Below, piece by piece: positions 18,672 to 28,025 of a DNA stretch of 64,000 nt. The DNA is from Bacillota bacterium (GTDB lineage Bacteria > Bacillota > Clostridia > Christensenellales > UMGS416). Within the stretch, counting starts at the first letter, position 1; every line of letters begins with the position of its first letter. A program made the position numbers and the translations under genes. Below the pieces are notes generated by a model that ran no database searches, had not been told where the DNA came from, and was given only the letters and a program-made list of their open reading frames with translations. The DNA lies in assembly GCA_016281935.1 (NCBI GenBank), contig JAEEJN010000059.1, positions 11,493-75,492 of the forward strand, given 5' to 3'.

Positions 18672-19184
18672 ATGAAAACAAAGCGCGTGACGGTCCTTCC
18701 CTACGATCCCCTTTGGGAGCAGCGCTTCGCTGAGATCAGATGCGAGCTGCTGGACGCGCTCGGTCCGCTGGCGCTTGCCGTCGAGCACGTCGGGAGCACG
18801 TCCGTGCGCGGTCTTTCCGCGAAGCCCGTCATCGATATCGACGTCGTCATCCGGGACACAGGTCTCCTGGCCGACGTGATCTCCGCTCTGAAGACGATCG
18901 GATACGAATACGAAGGCGATCTCGGCATCCCCGGACGGGAGGCGTTCCGCTACGAGGACAAAAGCCATCTCATGAAGCATCATCTCTACGTCTGTCCCCG
19001 GGATTCCGCCGAACTGAAACGTCACCTCGCCTTCAGGGACTATCTGCGCTCCCATCCGGAAACGGCCCGTGAATACGGACGGATCAAGGAGGAAGGCGCG
19101 GCCCTGTATCCTGACGACATCGACGGCTATATCCGTTACAAATCCCCCTTCATCGAAAGGGTCTACAAAGAGATCGGTCTCTGA
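18672..19184 (+). CDS. GrpB-family protein
   Basis: 170 aa. Blocks HVGSTSVRGLSAKPVIDIDV and HHLYVC are typical of GrpB/UPF0157. Confidence 0.8.
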   Translation: MKTKRVTVLPYDPLWEQRFAEIRCELLDALGPLALAVEHVGSTSVRGLSAKPVIDIDVVIRDTGLLADVISALKTIGYEYEGDLGIPGREAFRYEDKSHLMKHHLYVCPRDSAELKRHLAFRDYLRSHPETAREYGRIKEEGAALYPDDIDGYIRYKSPFIERVYKEIGL

Positions 19185-19264
19185 CCGTCCCGCCTCCGGT
19201 CCGCAGGTTTTTCCCGGTCCCGGTATACGGCAGGAAACAAAAACTTATTTCAGGAGGTACCAGC

Positions 19265-20296
19265 ATGTTCCGTATGTATTCGGACGCAGTGGATCCCTCG
19301 AAGGTCCCGCAGCGGATCCTGTCCACCGGAGACGTCATGCCCGGGATCGGGCTCGGGACTTTCGGATCCGACAAATACGGTCCCGCGGAAATAGCGGAGG
19401 CCGTACGGGGAGCGCTCCGTTCCGGCTATCGTCTCATCGACTGCGCAGCCTGTTACGGCAACGAGGATGCGATCGGTCCCGTGTTCCGGGAAGCTTTCTC
19501 GGAAGGACTGGACCGGAAAGATCTGTTCGTCATTTCCAAAGTCTGGAACGACGCGCACAGCCCCGAGGCCGTCGCGGCTTCCTGCCGCAGGAGCCTGCGG
19601 GATCTGGGCCTCGATTACTTCGATGCCTATCTCGTCCACTGGCCTTTCCCGAACTATCATGCCCCGGGATGCGACGGAGACGCGCGCAATCCCGATTCCC
19701 GCCCCTATATCCACGAGGAGTTCATGGAGACCTGGGGCGCCGTGGAACAGCTCGTCCGGGAAGGCCTCGTGCGCAACCCCGGCGTCAGCAACGTGACGAT
19801 CCCCAAACTGAAGCTCATCCTTCGGGACGCTTCGGTCCGGCCCGTCCTGAACGAGATGGAACTGCATCCCAGCTTCCAGCAGGGAGAGCTCTTCCAGTTC
19901 ACCCTGGATCAGGGTATCCAGCCCGTGGGATACTGCCCCCTGGGCTCTCCCTCCCGCCCGGAACGCGACCGTTCGGAAGACGACGTGAACGACATGGAGA
20001 TGCCGGCCCTCAGAAAGATCGCGGAGCGGCACGGCGTCCATCCTGCCCTCATCTGCCTCAAATGGGCGGTGCAGCGCGGACAGGTCCCGATCCCCTTCTC
20101 CGTGAAGGCGCCTCAGTATCTGTCCAACCTGAAGGCCGTCACGGAGGATCCGCTGACTGCGGAGGAACTGAACGATCTGCGCGGATGCGACCGCAACGCG
20201 CGCATGATCAAAGGCCAGGTCTTCCTCTGGCCTGGCGCGAAGTCCTGGCTGGATCTCTGGGACGCGGACGGCCGGATCCCCGGGTGGGAAGGATAA
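19265..20296 (+). CDS. Aldo/keto reductase
   Basis: 343 aa. Blocks IDCAACYGNE, SKVWN and LVHWP are AKR catalytic-tetrad context. Confidence 0.85.
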   Translation: MFRMYSDAVDPSKVPQRILSTGDVMPGIGLGTFGSDKYGPAEIAEAVRGALRSGYRLIDCAACYGNEDAIGPVFREAFSEGLDRKDLFVISKVWNDAHSPEAVAASCRRSLRDLGLDYFDAYLVHWPFPNYHAPGCDGDARNPDSRPYIHEEFMETWGAVEQLVREGLVRNPGVSNVTIPKLKLILRDASVRPVLNEMELHPSFQQGELFQFTLDQGIQPVGYCPLGSPSRPERDRSEDDVNDMEMPALRKIAERHGVHPALICLKWAVQRGQVPIPFSVKAPQYLSNLKAVTEDPLTAEELNDLRGCDRNARMIKGQVFLWPGAKSWLDLWDADGRIPGWEG

Positions 20297-20301
20297 CGCT
20301 G

Positions 20302-20805
20302 ATGCCGGCAGAAGACAAAGTCACGTGCGCCGGCTGCGGAAAAACGTTCGACCCGTCGGACGGAGGCCGCTACGATCATGCGCTCCGCGGATTCCTGTGC
20401 CCGAAGTGCGTGGAGATGACGGACAGCCTGCTGACGCCTGAGGACAAAGCTCTCGTACAGGCTGTCGGGGCTTCGGATCCCTCGCCTTCCATCGGATGGA
20501 CGATCGTCAAGGCCGCAGTCGGAGGGCTGTTCTTCGCGGTGGCCTTCGAGATGGACAGTCTCCTGGAGACCCTTCTCGCTCAGCTTCACGCACTTGTTTT
20601 CTTTCTGTGGGCAGTATGGCCCTGGGCCCGTCTGGCCCTGCGGAGAGAAAGAGCGAAAACAGCTTTGGAAAAAGCTCTTGAAGCCGGACGCACTCAGATG
20701 AAAGTGATGCCCGGGATTCGGCCTGAAACCCGGTTCTGCCCGCACTGCGGCAGTCCGGCAAAAGGGCGTTTCTGCGAACACTGCGGATTCCCTCTGCCCC
20801 GCTGA
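20302..20805 (+). CDS. Zinc-ribbon membrane protein, unknown function
   Basis: In-frame ATG at 20302 inside a long shadow ORF. CxxC...CxxC at the N-terminus, two TM helices, and C-terminal CPHCG...CEHCG. 167 aa. Confidence 0.55.
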   Translation: MPAEDKVTCAGCGKTFDPSDGGRYDHALRGFLCPKCVEMTDSLLTPEDKALVQAVGASDPSPSIGWTIVKAAVGGLFFAVAFEMDSLLETLLAQLHALVFFLWAVWPWARLALRRERAKTALEKALEAGRTQMKVMPGIRPETRFCPHCGSPAKGRFCEHCGFPLPR

Positions 20806-20846
20806 TTTTCTTCTCGGAGCCGGCAGCGAATCAGAAAACAGACAAA

Positions 20847-20880
20847 AGCGACGGAACACGGTTCCGCCGCTTTTCTTTTA
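20847..20880 (+). terminator. Terminator after zinc-ribbon gene
   Basis: GCGACGGAAC-ACG-GTTCCGCCGC followed by TTTTCTTTT. Confidence 0.55.
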
Positions 20881-20896
20881 TCCGGATCAGATCTGA

Positions 20897-20926
20897 AATA
20901 AAAGCACCGGGCTCAGAGCCCGGTGC
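20897..20926 (-). terminator. Terminator of the CotH-VTC-DUF4956 operon
   Basis: Minus strand: GCACCGGGCTC-TGA-GCCCGGTGC followed by TTTTATTT. Confidence 0.6.
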
Positions 20927-20940
20927 GGGATATGCGGTCA

Positions 20941-21633
20941 TCAGGCGGCATAATCGCCCTGATAGGAGATGAGCGTCGCGTCGTACACGCCCTCGATGCG
21001 GAGGAAATCGTTCACGAGGTTGGTGTTCTCACCCGTGAGTCGGAGTTCGATCGTCAGCTCGACGCCGTTCTGCGTCACGGCCTTGCTCTTGAGGCGGGCG
21101 GGACGGGGCAGACGGGAGATCATATGGTTCACGGCGTCAGCGCTCGCGAAGTCGTGGCGGACGATGAGCAGATAGGCAGCGTTGCCCTTGCCGCCGATCA
21201 GGAACATGATGTACAGGAACACGCCGATGATGAGGCTGCCGAGGATCACGTAGATATAGAAGGAAGTGCCCGCGCCGATGCAGATGCCGGCCGCAATCGC
21301 CCAGAACATGTACACCGTATCCATGGGGTCTTTGACAGCCGTACGGAAACGGACGATGGACAGGGCGCCGACCATGCCCAGAGACAGGGTCAGGTTGGAC
21401 GTGATGCAGCGGATGATGAGCGTCGTCACCATGATGAGCATGACGAGGGAGATGTTGAAGGAACGGGTATACATGACGCCGTTATAGGTGCGCTTGTATA
21501 CGATGAAGATCAGCATCCCGATGACGAATGCCAGAAGAAGTGCGAGGAGCAGATCTCCGATGTTCAGAGAGTTCGCTGCGACGGTCGTCGTGTCCTTCAC
21601 GATGTCCTTGATGGTAGTGGTGTCGAAAAACAT
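20941..21633 (-). CDS. DUF4956-family membrane protein (copy 1)
   Basis: Start moved to ATG 21633 (AAGGAGGAAACATCC upstream; the track start is a TTG inside the RBS). TM helices plus conserved SIVRFRT motif. 230 aa. Confidence 0.75.
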   Translation of the reverse strand: MFFDTTTIKDIVKDTTTVAANSLNIGDLLLALLLAFVIGMLIFIVYKRTYNGVMYTRSFNISLVMLIMVTTLIIRCITSNLTLSLGMVGALSIVRFRTAVKDPMDTVYMFWAIAAGICIGAGTSFYIYVILGSLIIGVFLYIMFLIGGKGNAAYLLIVRHDFASADAVNHMISRLPRPARLKSKAVTQNGVELTIELRLTGENTNLVNDFLRIEGVYDATLISYQGDYAA

Positions 21634-21654
21634 GGATGTTTCCTCCTTCAAGCC

Positions 21655-22335
21655 TCAGTGGAACCTGCGGCAAAGACTGTATTTGGATATGGCCGAACGC
21701 TGGCCGTTCACTGTGTTCAGGATGCCCTGGATATGGGGCGGCAGGATGTTGTCATACTTGACTTCCAGGATCATCTGTCCGGGCTCCAGGACCGGTACGG
21801 GAGCTGACCGTCCCGAAAAGAGATCGTGGGAAAACAGTCCCGTATGCAGATCCTTGTCAAAAGTGATCCGCACGTTCCCCACCGGATAGACGTAGGCTTC
21901 GCGGAAATAATCCACGATGACGACGGGCCTCAGGACCTTGGCGCGCATCTGCGCGTAGAACCCGTCCAGTACGGGGCTCTCGCCCAGAGGGATGCGCGTC
22001 CAGTCGCCGGACAGGATATCGTCCGTCAGATCCCTGGACAGGGCGCAGGACGCTTTGGCGGTCATCTGGGAGAACTTCATCTTGTTCTCCAGGTGGATGG
22101 GCGAATCCTTCAGGTTGTAAATCCGGATCCGGTATTTCTGCCTGTCCTGGACGCCGTCCATCTTCTCCCACATGGCGGAATTGTTGATGTCGTCAAAGTA
22201 GAGGCTTCGGATGTGATAGCCCCTGCTCTGCTTCAGGGAATGCTCGTCCATGGGCATGGCCGCCATCAGCTTGTCCCGAAGCACCAGGTACTCTCCGTAG
22301 CTGATGAAATACTTGACTTCGTGTCGCAGCTGCAT
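21655..22335 (-). CDS. VTC-domain (polyphosphate-polymerase-like, CYTH/TTM fold) protein (copy 1)
   Basis: Start moved to ATG 22335 (MQLRHEVKYFI is the typical VTC N-terminal E-x-K-Y). Begins 1 nt after the CotH stop. 226 aa. Confidence 0.75.
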   Translation of the reverse strand: MQLRHEVKYFISYGEYLVLRDKLMAAMPMDEHSLKQSRGYHIRSLYFDDINNSAMWEKMDGVQDRQKYRIRIYNLKDSPIHLENKMKFSQMTAKASCALSRDLTDDILSGDWTRIPLGESPVLDGFYAQMRAKVLRPVVIVDYFREAYVYPVGNVRITFDKDLHTGLFSHDLFSGRSAPVPVLEPGQMILEVKYDNILPPHIQGILNTVNGQRSAISKYSLCRRFH

Positions 22336-22336
22336 G

Positions 22337-25300
22337 TCAGTAGTCTCCGAATATCTCGCTGATGAGCGAAGCTCCCACGTGCAGATCCTGCTGCACGTCC
22401 TCGATGAAATAATCCCTCCGGGTGCGGGCAAAGGTCCGGATGGATTCCACGTTCGCCAGCCACCCCTTGTAGCTCAGGGTCACCATCGTTCCGCCTTCAC
22501 GGTCGCAGGGGCTCCAGCGGTTTCTGTCGCGTTCCATCGAGGAATCGATCTGTCCCGCGACTTCATTCACCATGCCGATGAGCGATTCCTCGGAATAGAC
22601 CGTGTTCGTGATGTAGGCGCAGGTCTCCAGGAAGAGCTGTTTGAACTCCGGATTCTTCAGGAGCGCGATGATGATGTCCGTATCGAATCCGTTGCCCACG
22701 CCGTGACCTCTTGGATCGATGTATTCTTCCGTATAGTTCTTCTGAGCGTTCTGACGAAGCAGCGCCCAGTCCGTATCGTACAGGATCCAGCGCCAGCGTC
22801 CGTCGTACTCCTCACTCATCCAGAACTTGATGTTGCCTGTATCGGTGTTCGTCGTGTACATCTCTGTCGCGACGTACTGGGCATAGTTCTTCACGTCCAT
22901 GTGAGCCTTGACCCACTCATAGTTCGAACTGTTGGACAGATCGTGCTCCTTGCAGTAATTCAGGAGTTCCAGATAGGACGCGTTGCTTCCGTATTTGACT
23001 TCGGAGCGGCTGCGTCCGTTGCCGACGAGCAGATTGACGGAGGATTTGCTCACTCCGTAATGATCCTCGAAATAGCTCGCATTGATCTTTTCCTGCAGGA
23101 AGTAGACGCCCCAGTATTCTCCGTTGATGAAGACGATGCAGGGACGGGATGCCTGGACATCCAGATCGGTGTACTGCGCCGCAAGCTTGGAAATGACGAC
23201 GTCACGGATCATGGACATGTGCCATTCGGAAGCGCCCGTGCGCAGGATAAAGGAATCGTAGCTCGTGTTGGCGAGATCCGGGAAGATCTGATAGCGGAAC
23301 CTCTCGTCCCCCCATACGGGACGGGACATGCAGGCGAAGCTCTTCTTGTCCTCATATCGGGAAAACGCGCCGAAGATCCGGAGGCCGAATCCCGTGGAGA
23401 GCCCGACGGTGCCGTCCGTTTCCAGAAGCTCGATATTGGCTTCCAGTTCCCGGTTGCTCATGAAGTTGGACCCGTTGTAGGGATAGGTCTGGTCGGGACC
23501 GCGCATATACAGGCCGTCCATTTCGTCGAACATCTCTTTGGGATCGACCGAGATGCTGACGAGGGGAAGATCGAAGGGCTCGTTGATGAAGATCGTCTCG
23601 GTCGTGACTTCACTCGTCACGAAGCCGTCGCGAAAGGAAGCCGCGCGGACGACCGTGTTCTTGTCGATGGAGATGGGCCCGCCGTAGACGGGAGAATCGG
23701 CACCAGGCTTGCTGCCGTCCAGCGTGTAGCGGACGGTCGTATTCTCAGGCACGAAGATCTCGAGCTGCTGGGCGGACACATAGTTGCCCGTAGCGAGCGA
23801 AAAAGCCGGCTGATCGCACTTGGCGCCGGCATAGCTCCCATTGTTGTCCGAACGGGGCGAAGGAGACATGAGATAGGCGAAGCTGCGCTGATCCTTAGGC
23901 CTTCCGTAGCTCATGGTCTCAGGGATCCGGTCCACCATGCAAGAATCCAGGATCCTGCCTTCCGCGTCAGAGATGATGAGGACGTCGCCGCCGGAGACTT
24001 TGAGCTTGAAATTCGTATGGAGTTCTCCGGCCGAAGAATCCCCGCTGCCGTCGGTGAAGACGAGGAGTTTCTGTCCGGGAGCGATGGAAACGGACGGAAA
24101 GGTCCACAGGCCGATATGCTTGGCGCTGTTGGTCATCCCATAGCCCTTCAGATTCAGCGTATCCGCCGAGTTGTTCGTGAGTTCCACCCAGGGCACGGGA
24201 TTGCCGGCTTCATCCGTCACGTACTCGTCCGCGATCGTCTTGACCTCGTTGATGAGCACGCCGGGGGCCCTGCGGGCATTCGCCTCGGTCTGGAATGCCT
24301 GGTACCCGTCGTCCGTGTTCGGATATCCGGGCGTGGGCTTGGTGAATGTTTTGAACATGTCGCGGGACACGCGTCCGTAAGAATTGTCGGACTGGATCCT
24401 CTCCACGGTCACGCTGTCCACGATCTGGCCTTTCGGATTGGAGAGCACCACGGATTCCTTGAGGGAATTCAGGCCGAACTGGGCCACGATCTCCCCTTCC
24501 ACGCCGTAGCCTTCCTTGTTGCAGAAGATGAGAAGATAACCGTTAGGCTCGATGACGGTCTCGCCGAACACGTATTTGCGCAGGTCGCTCTCGCTGTCGG
24601 AAAGTCCCCAGTCCTTCAGGTCTATGGGCTGGTCCGTCATGTTATGCAGTTCGACCCAGTCGTAGTAATCGCCGCTGCGGGTCGAGCAGGTGATCTTGTT
24701 GGACGTCATGACTTCCCAGATGAGTACGTCGGGATTCTCGACGCGGCGGGTCGCCATAAACTGGTTCCAGCCGTCCTGGGTGTTCGGATAACCGGGCGTG
24801 TACTGCTCCGTCATGTACCACTCGTTGGACGCCGTGTTCAGGGCATACGAAGTATCAGGCGCCATGGCCGGGACGTCCACGGCGGACAGCACGTCGCCGT
24901 AGCTGTTCAGGACGTAGAGCGCTTCGCCGGAAGCCTTCATGCGGAAAGGCGCAAAGCCTTCGACGCCGGCGTATTCGGGACCTCCGCAGAAGATGACGAC
25001 GGACTGTCCGGGAGCGAGCACAGAGTCGCCGAAGGTATAGCGCAGGGGCTTCTCCAGGGAATCCGTGATCATGAACCCTCTGAGTTCCAGAGGATCCGCA
25101 CCGGTATTCGTCACTTCGAACCAGTCGTAGGTCTCACCGTTGTCGCTCACGAGAGCGGAACGGTTGGAGGCCATGATCTCCGTGATCACGGGGATATGTG
25201 CGGCCGCGGCCGCATCCGTATCCGTTGCCGCCGTTTCCCTGTTCTCGCGTACGATCCGGTTCACGAGAAGCACAGCTACGATCAGGAGCGCCACGATGAT

Positions 25301-25429
25301 CAGAAGATCCCAGAATTTTCCGGTACGGCCGTTCCCGCCCGAATTTCTGGTCTGTGCAGGCGCAGCACTTCTGGAGGAAGAACTGCCGCGGCTTCTGCGG
25401 CTGCTTCGGGTGTCTGTATCTCTAGCCAA
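22337..25429 (-). CDS. Membrane-anchored CotH-family kinase with three lamin-tail domains and a chitobiase/hexosaminidase C-terminal-like domain
   Basis: 1030 aa. Arg/Ser-rich N-tail, one TM helix (FWDLLIIVALLIVAVLLV), and 3 repeats of the LTD pattern (ItEim..n....D.....yDWfEl.N......L.g..lsDs). Then TVRYTLDGSKP and a CotH core. TTG start 8 nt after GAGGAGG. Confidence 0.8.
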   Translation of the reverse strand: MARDTDTRSSRRSRGSSSSRSAAPAQTRNSGGNGRTGKFWDLLIIVALLIVAVLLVNRIVRENRETAATDTDAAAAAHIPVITEIMASNRSALVSDNGETYDWFEVTNTGADPLELRGFMITDSLEKPLRYTFGDSVLAPGQSVVIFCGGPEYAGVEGFAPFRMKASGEALYVLNSYGDVLSAVDVPAMAPDTSYALNTASNEWYMTEQYTPGYPNTQDGWNQFMATRRVENPDVLIWEVMTSNKITCSTRSGDYYDWVELHNMTDQPIDLKDWGLSDSESDLRKYVFGETVIEPNGYLLIFCNKEGYGVEGEIVAQFGLNSLKESVVLSNPKGQIVDSVTVERIQSDNSYGRVSRDMFKTFTKPTPGYPNTDDGYQAFQTEANARRAPGVLINEVKTIADEYVTDEAGNPVPWVELTNNSADTLNLKGYGMTNSAKHIGLWTFPSVSIAPGQKLLVFTDGSGDSSAGELHTNFKLKVSGGDVLIISDAEGRILDSCMVDRIPETMSYGRPKDQRSFAYLMSPSPRSDNNGSYAGAKCDQPAFSLATGNYVSAQQLEIFVPENTTVRYTLDGSKPGADSPVYGGPISIDKNTVVRAASFRDGFVTSEVTTETIFINEPFDLPLVSISVDPKEMFDEMDGLYMRGPDQTYPYNGSNFMSNRELEANIELLETDGTVGLSTGFGLRIFGAFSRYEDKKSFACMSRPVWGDERFRYQIFPDLANTSYDSFILRTGASEWHMSMIRDVVISKLAAQYTDLDVQASRPCIVFINGEYWGVYFLQEKINASYFEDHYGVSKSSVNLLVGNGRSRSEVKYGSNASYLELLNYCKEHDLSNSSNYEWVKAHMDVKNYAQYVATEMYTTNTDTGNIKFWMSEEYDGRWRWILYDTDWALLRQNAQKNYTEEYIDPRGHGVGNGFDTDIIIALLKNPEFKQLFLETCAYITNTVYSEESLIGMVNEVAGQIDSSMERDRNRWSPCDREGGTMVTLSYKGWLANVESIRTFARTRRDYFIEDVQQDLHVGASLISEIFGDY

Positions 25430-25728
25430 GAAGAGTACCTCCTCAGGTTCCTGTCAGGATGAAAGGCCTTGTCTGCGCGGTCCCGGACACGTTCCGATCC
25501 CTTACGCCGGCCTGATATCTCATTCTATTATTATAGTATGAAACGCATTATCTTTCAACCTGCAGAAGCGGCTGTGGGCACCTTTCGGACAAAAACCGCT
25601 GTTGGCTGCATCTTTCAGTGTTCCTTTTATCGCTTGCGGACCTGGCGGGACGGGAATACAATAAGATCGGTCACGCACAAGAGCTCACGAAAGGAAAAGG
25701 ACGCGCAAGGCGCGTCCCCGGTGGGAAC

Positions 25729-27030
25729 ATGAAAACAGGTAAATACGCACTCGTCATCTCCGAGGACGCCATGGTCTATGAGGACCTGGAAATCCTCCGC
25801 AGGCTCCCCGCCTTCGGATCCGTATGGAACGACGCCGCCGTCGTCAGAGAGATGCGTTCCGTCTACCCCACGATCACCTATCCGGCCCACACGACCATGC
25901 GTACGGGCTGCTGGCCCGACCGCCACGGCGTCATCAACAACGAGCAGACGATCCTGGGCGAAGTCTCCTCCAAGTGGGAGCATTTCAACGACATCGTCCG
26001 CGTTCCGGACATTTTCGACGCCGCCAAGGCCGCCGGGCTCACGACCTGTTCGGTGTTCTGGCCGGTCACGGGGAACCACCCCCATGTCGACTGGCTCATC
26101 AACGAGTACTGGCCGCAGGAACCGGACGGGGATCCCGTGGAGTGTTTCGCCGAATCCGGCACGGATCCGGACACGCTGGAGACAGTTCGCCGGCATATCC
26201 ACATGGTCCTCGGGCACCAGAGGCAGCATCCGTTTTTCGAAAAATTCGTCTTCGCCTGCACGGACGACCTGATCCGTGAACACCGTCCCAACCTGACCAT
26301 GGTCCATCCCGCCAACATTGACGCGTACCGGCACGAGACCGGCATCTTCTCCGACAAAGTGATCCACGGACTGCACGAGTGTGACGTCTGGCTTGCCGAT
26401 ATGCTGCAGGCTCTCGACGTCGCTGGGATCAGAGAGGAAACGAACGTTTTCGTCGTCAGCGATCACGGGCAGATGGACTTTGCAGGCAGTGTCCATCCCA
26501 ACGTCCTTCTCGCCCGCGCGGGGCTCATCGACGTGGATCCCGACGGCACTCTGAAAGGCTACCGGGCCATCTGCAAGTCCATGGGCGCTTCCTGTCAGGT
26601 CTGGCTCAGCGATCCCGCGGACAGGGCCCTGCGCGAAGAGACGTTCAGCGTGCTGGACGCCGCCCGCAGGGAAGGCGTCTACGGGATCGAGAGGGTCTTT
26701 ACCGAAGAGGAAACGGCCCGTCTCGAGCATCTTTCCGGCGGATTCTCCTTCGTTCTGGAAACGGACGGCCGTTATTCGTTCGGCAACCGTTTCACCGGAC
26801 CCGTTCTTTCCGCGGCGGATACGTCCGACTACAAGACCGCACACGGGACGCACGGCTATCTCCCGGAAAAGGGGCCTCAGCCGACACTTCTCGCCTTCGG
26901 TCCCGGCATCCGTCCCGGTGCCCGTGCCGACCGCGCCGGCATCGTAGACATCGCGCCGACGGTGGCCGCCAGTCTGGGGCTCTCCATGCCGGATACCGAC
27001 GGCCGCGTGATCGAAGAGATCCTGCGCTGA
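25729..27030 (+). CDS. Nucleotide pyrophosphatase/phosphodiesterase (alkaline-phosphatase superfamily)
   Basis: Start moved to ATG 25729 (MKTGKYALVISEDAM). Blocks PTITYPAHTTMRTG (nucleophile Thr context), SDHGQ and THGY. 433 aa. Confidence 0.75.
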   Translation: MKTGKYALVISEDAMVYEDLEILRRLPAFGSVWNDAAVVREMRSVYPTITYPAHTTMRTGCWPDRHGVINNEQTILGEVSSKWEHFNDIVRVPDIFDAAKAAGLTTCSVFWPVTGNHPHVDWLINEYWPQEPDGDPVECFAESGTDPDTLETVRRHIHMVLGHQRQHPFFEKFVFACTDDLIREHRPNLTMVHPANIDAYRHETGIFSDKVIHGLHECDVWLADMLQALDVAGIREETNVFVVSDHGQMDFAGSVHPNVLLARAGLIDVDPDGTLKGYRAICKSMGASCQVWLSDPADRALREETFSVLDAARREGVYGIERVFTEEETARLEHLSGGFSFVLETDGRYSFGNRFTGPVLSAADTSDYKTAHGTHGYLPEKGPQPTLLAFGPGIRPGARADRAGIVDIAPTVAASLGLSMPDTDGRVIEEILR

Positions 27031-27047
27031 TACGCACCCCATAACCC

Positions 27048-27090
27048 GGGGAAAAGCCCGGCCGGCCGGGCTTTTCCCCCTGTATTCTTT
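27048..27090 (+). terminator. Terminator after phosphodiesterase gene
   Basis: GGGGAAAAGCCCGG-CCGG-CCGGGCTTTTCCCC, a long GC hairpin with a weak T tail. Confidence 0.6.
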
Positions 27091-27184
27091 CAGTTCCCGC
27101 CCTTGCGGAGCGCCGGGGCCGGGTGTACAATGAGGGCGTCAACGTCCGAGTCCGGCATCCGTTCCGGACAGCAAAGGAGTCATC

Positions 27185-28024
27185 ATGTCATTCGTATCCA
27201 GCAGAGAACTTCTTCTCCGTGCCAGAGCAGAGCACTTCGCCGTAGGCGCTTTCAACGTGGAAAACATGGAGATGGTCCAGGCCGTGCTCGAAGCCGCGTC
27301 CGAGCTTCGTTCCCCCGTGCTCATCCAGACGACGCCCGGAACGCTCAATTATGCGCCTCCCCGCGTTTTCGCCGGGATGGTCTCCCGCATGGCGGCCGCC
27401 GCCCCGATCCCCGCAGCCCTGCATCTGGATCACGGCGATTCCTTCGAACGGGCCAGGATCTGCGCGGAGGAAGGCTACACCTCCCTCATGATCGACGGAT
27501 CCCTTCTTCCTTTCGAAGAGAACATCGCCCTGACGAAGAGCGTCATCGAGATGGCCGGGGACATCCCGGTCGAAGCCGAACTCGGGACGGTGGGCGGCAA
27601 GGAAGACACCCATGCCGCCGGCATCTCCTACACGGATCCCGCCCAGGCGGAGGAATTCGTCGCCCGTACGGGCGTGTTCTCGCTGGCTCCCGCCATCGGC
27701 ACGGCGCACGGCGTCTATAAATCCGAGCCCAAACTGGATCTCGCCCGTCTGGAGGAGATCGCGGCGCGGGTGCCCAATCCGCTGGTCCTTCACGGGACGA
27801 GCGGCGTGCCCGTCGATACCGTGAAAGCCTGCATCGAGAGAGGCATCAGCAAAGTCAATTATGCGACGGATCTGCGCATCGCCTTCACGAAGGCCGTGGA
27901 AGCCTGGCTTGCGGAGCATCCCGGGACCATCGATCCCAAAAAATACCTGGGTGCCGCAAGGCAGGCCGTCAAAGCCCGCGTCGAGGAACTCATCCGTCTC
28001 TGCGGCAGCGAAGGGAAGGCCTGA
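27185..28024 (+). CDS. Class II ketose-bisphosphate aldolase (tagatose/fructose-1,6-bisphosphate aldolase family)
   Basis: 279 aa. Blocks FAVGAFNVENME, ALHLDHG and LVLHGTSG. Confidence 0.85.
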   Translation: MSFVSSRELLLRARAEHFAVGAFNVENMEMVQAVLEAASELRSPVLIQTTPGTLNYAPPRVFAGMVSRMAAAAPIPAALHLDHGDSFERARICAEEGYTSLMIDGSLLPFEENIALTKSVIEMAGDIPVEAELGTVGGKEDTHAAGISYTDPAQAEEFVARTGVFSLAPAIGTAHGVYKSEPKLDLARLEEIAARVPNPLVLHGTSGVPVDTVKACIERGISKVNYATDLRIAFTKAVEAWLAEHPGTIDPKKYLGAARQAVKARVEELIRLCGSEGKA

Positions 28025-28025
28025 C

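Noticed and set aside
19069-20805. 578-aa + strand ORF spanning the GrpB end, the AKR gene and the zinc-ribbon gene
   Set aside because: It is an Arg/Pro/Gly-rich out-of-frame read-through typical of high-GC DNA. Only its last 167 codons (from ATG 20302) form a plausible protein.
22304-25462. 1052-aa ORF on the + strand, the longest in the window
   Set aside because: It is the exact antisense shadow of the CotH gene. Its composition is Arg/Gly/His/Val-rich and low-complexity, and it has no RBS or recognisable domain. The minus-strand frame carries clear LTD and CotH motifs.
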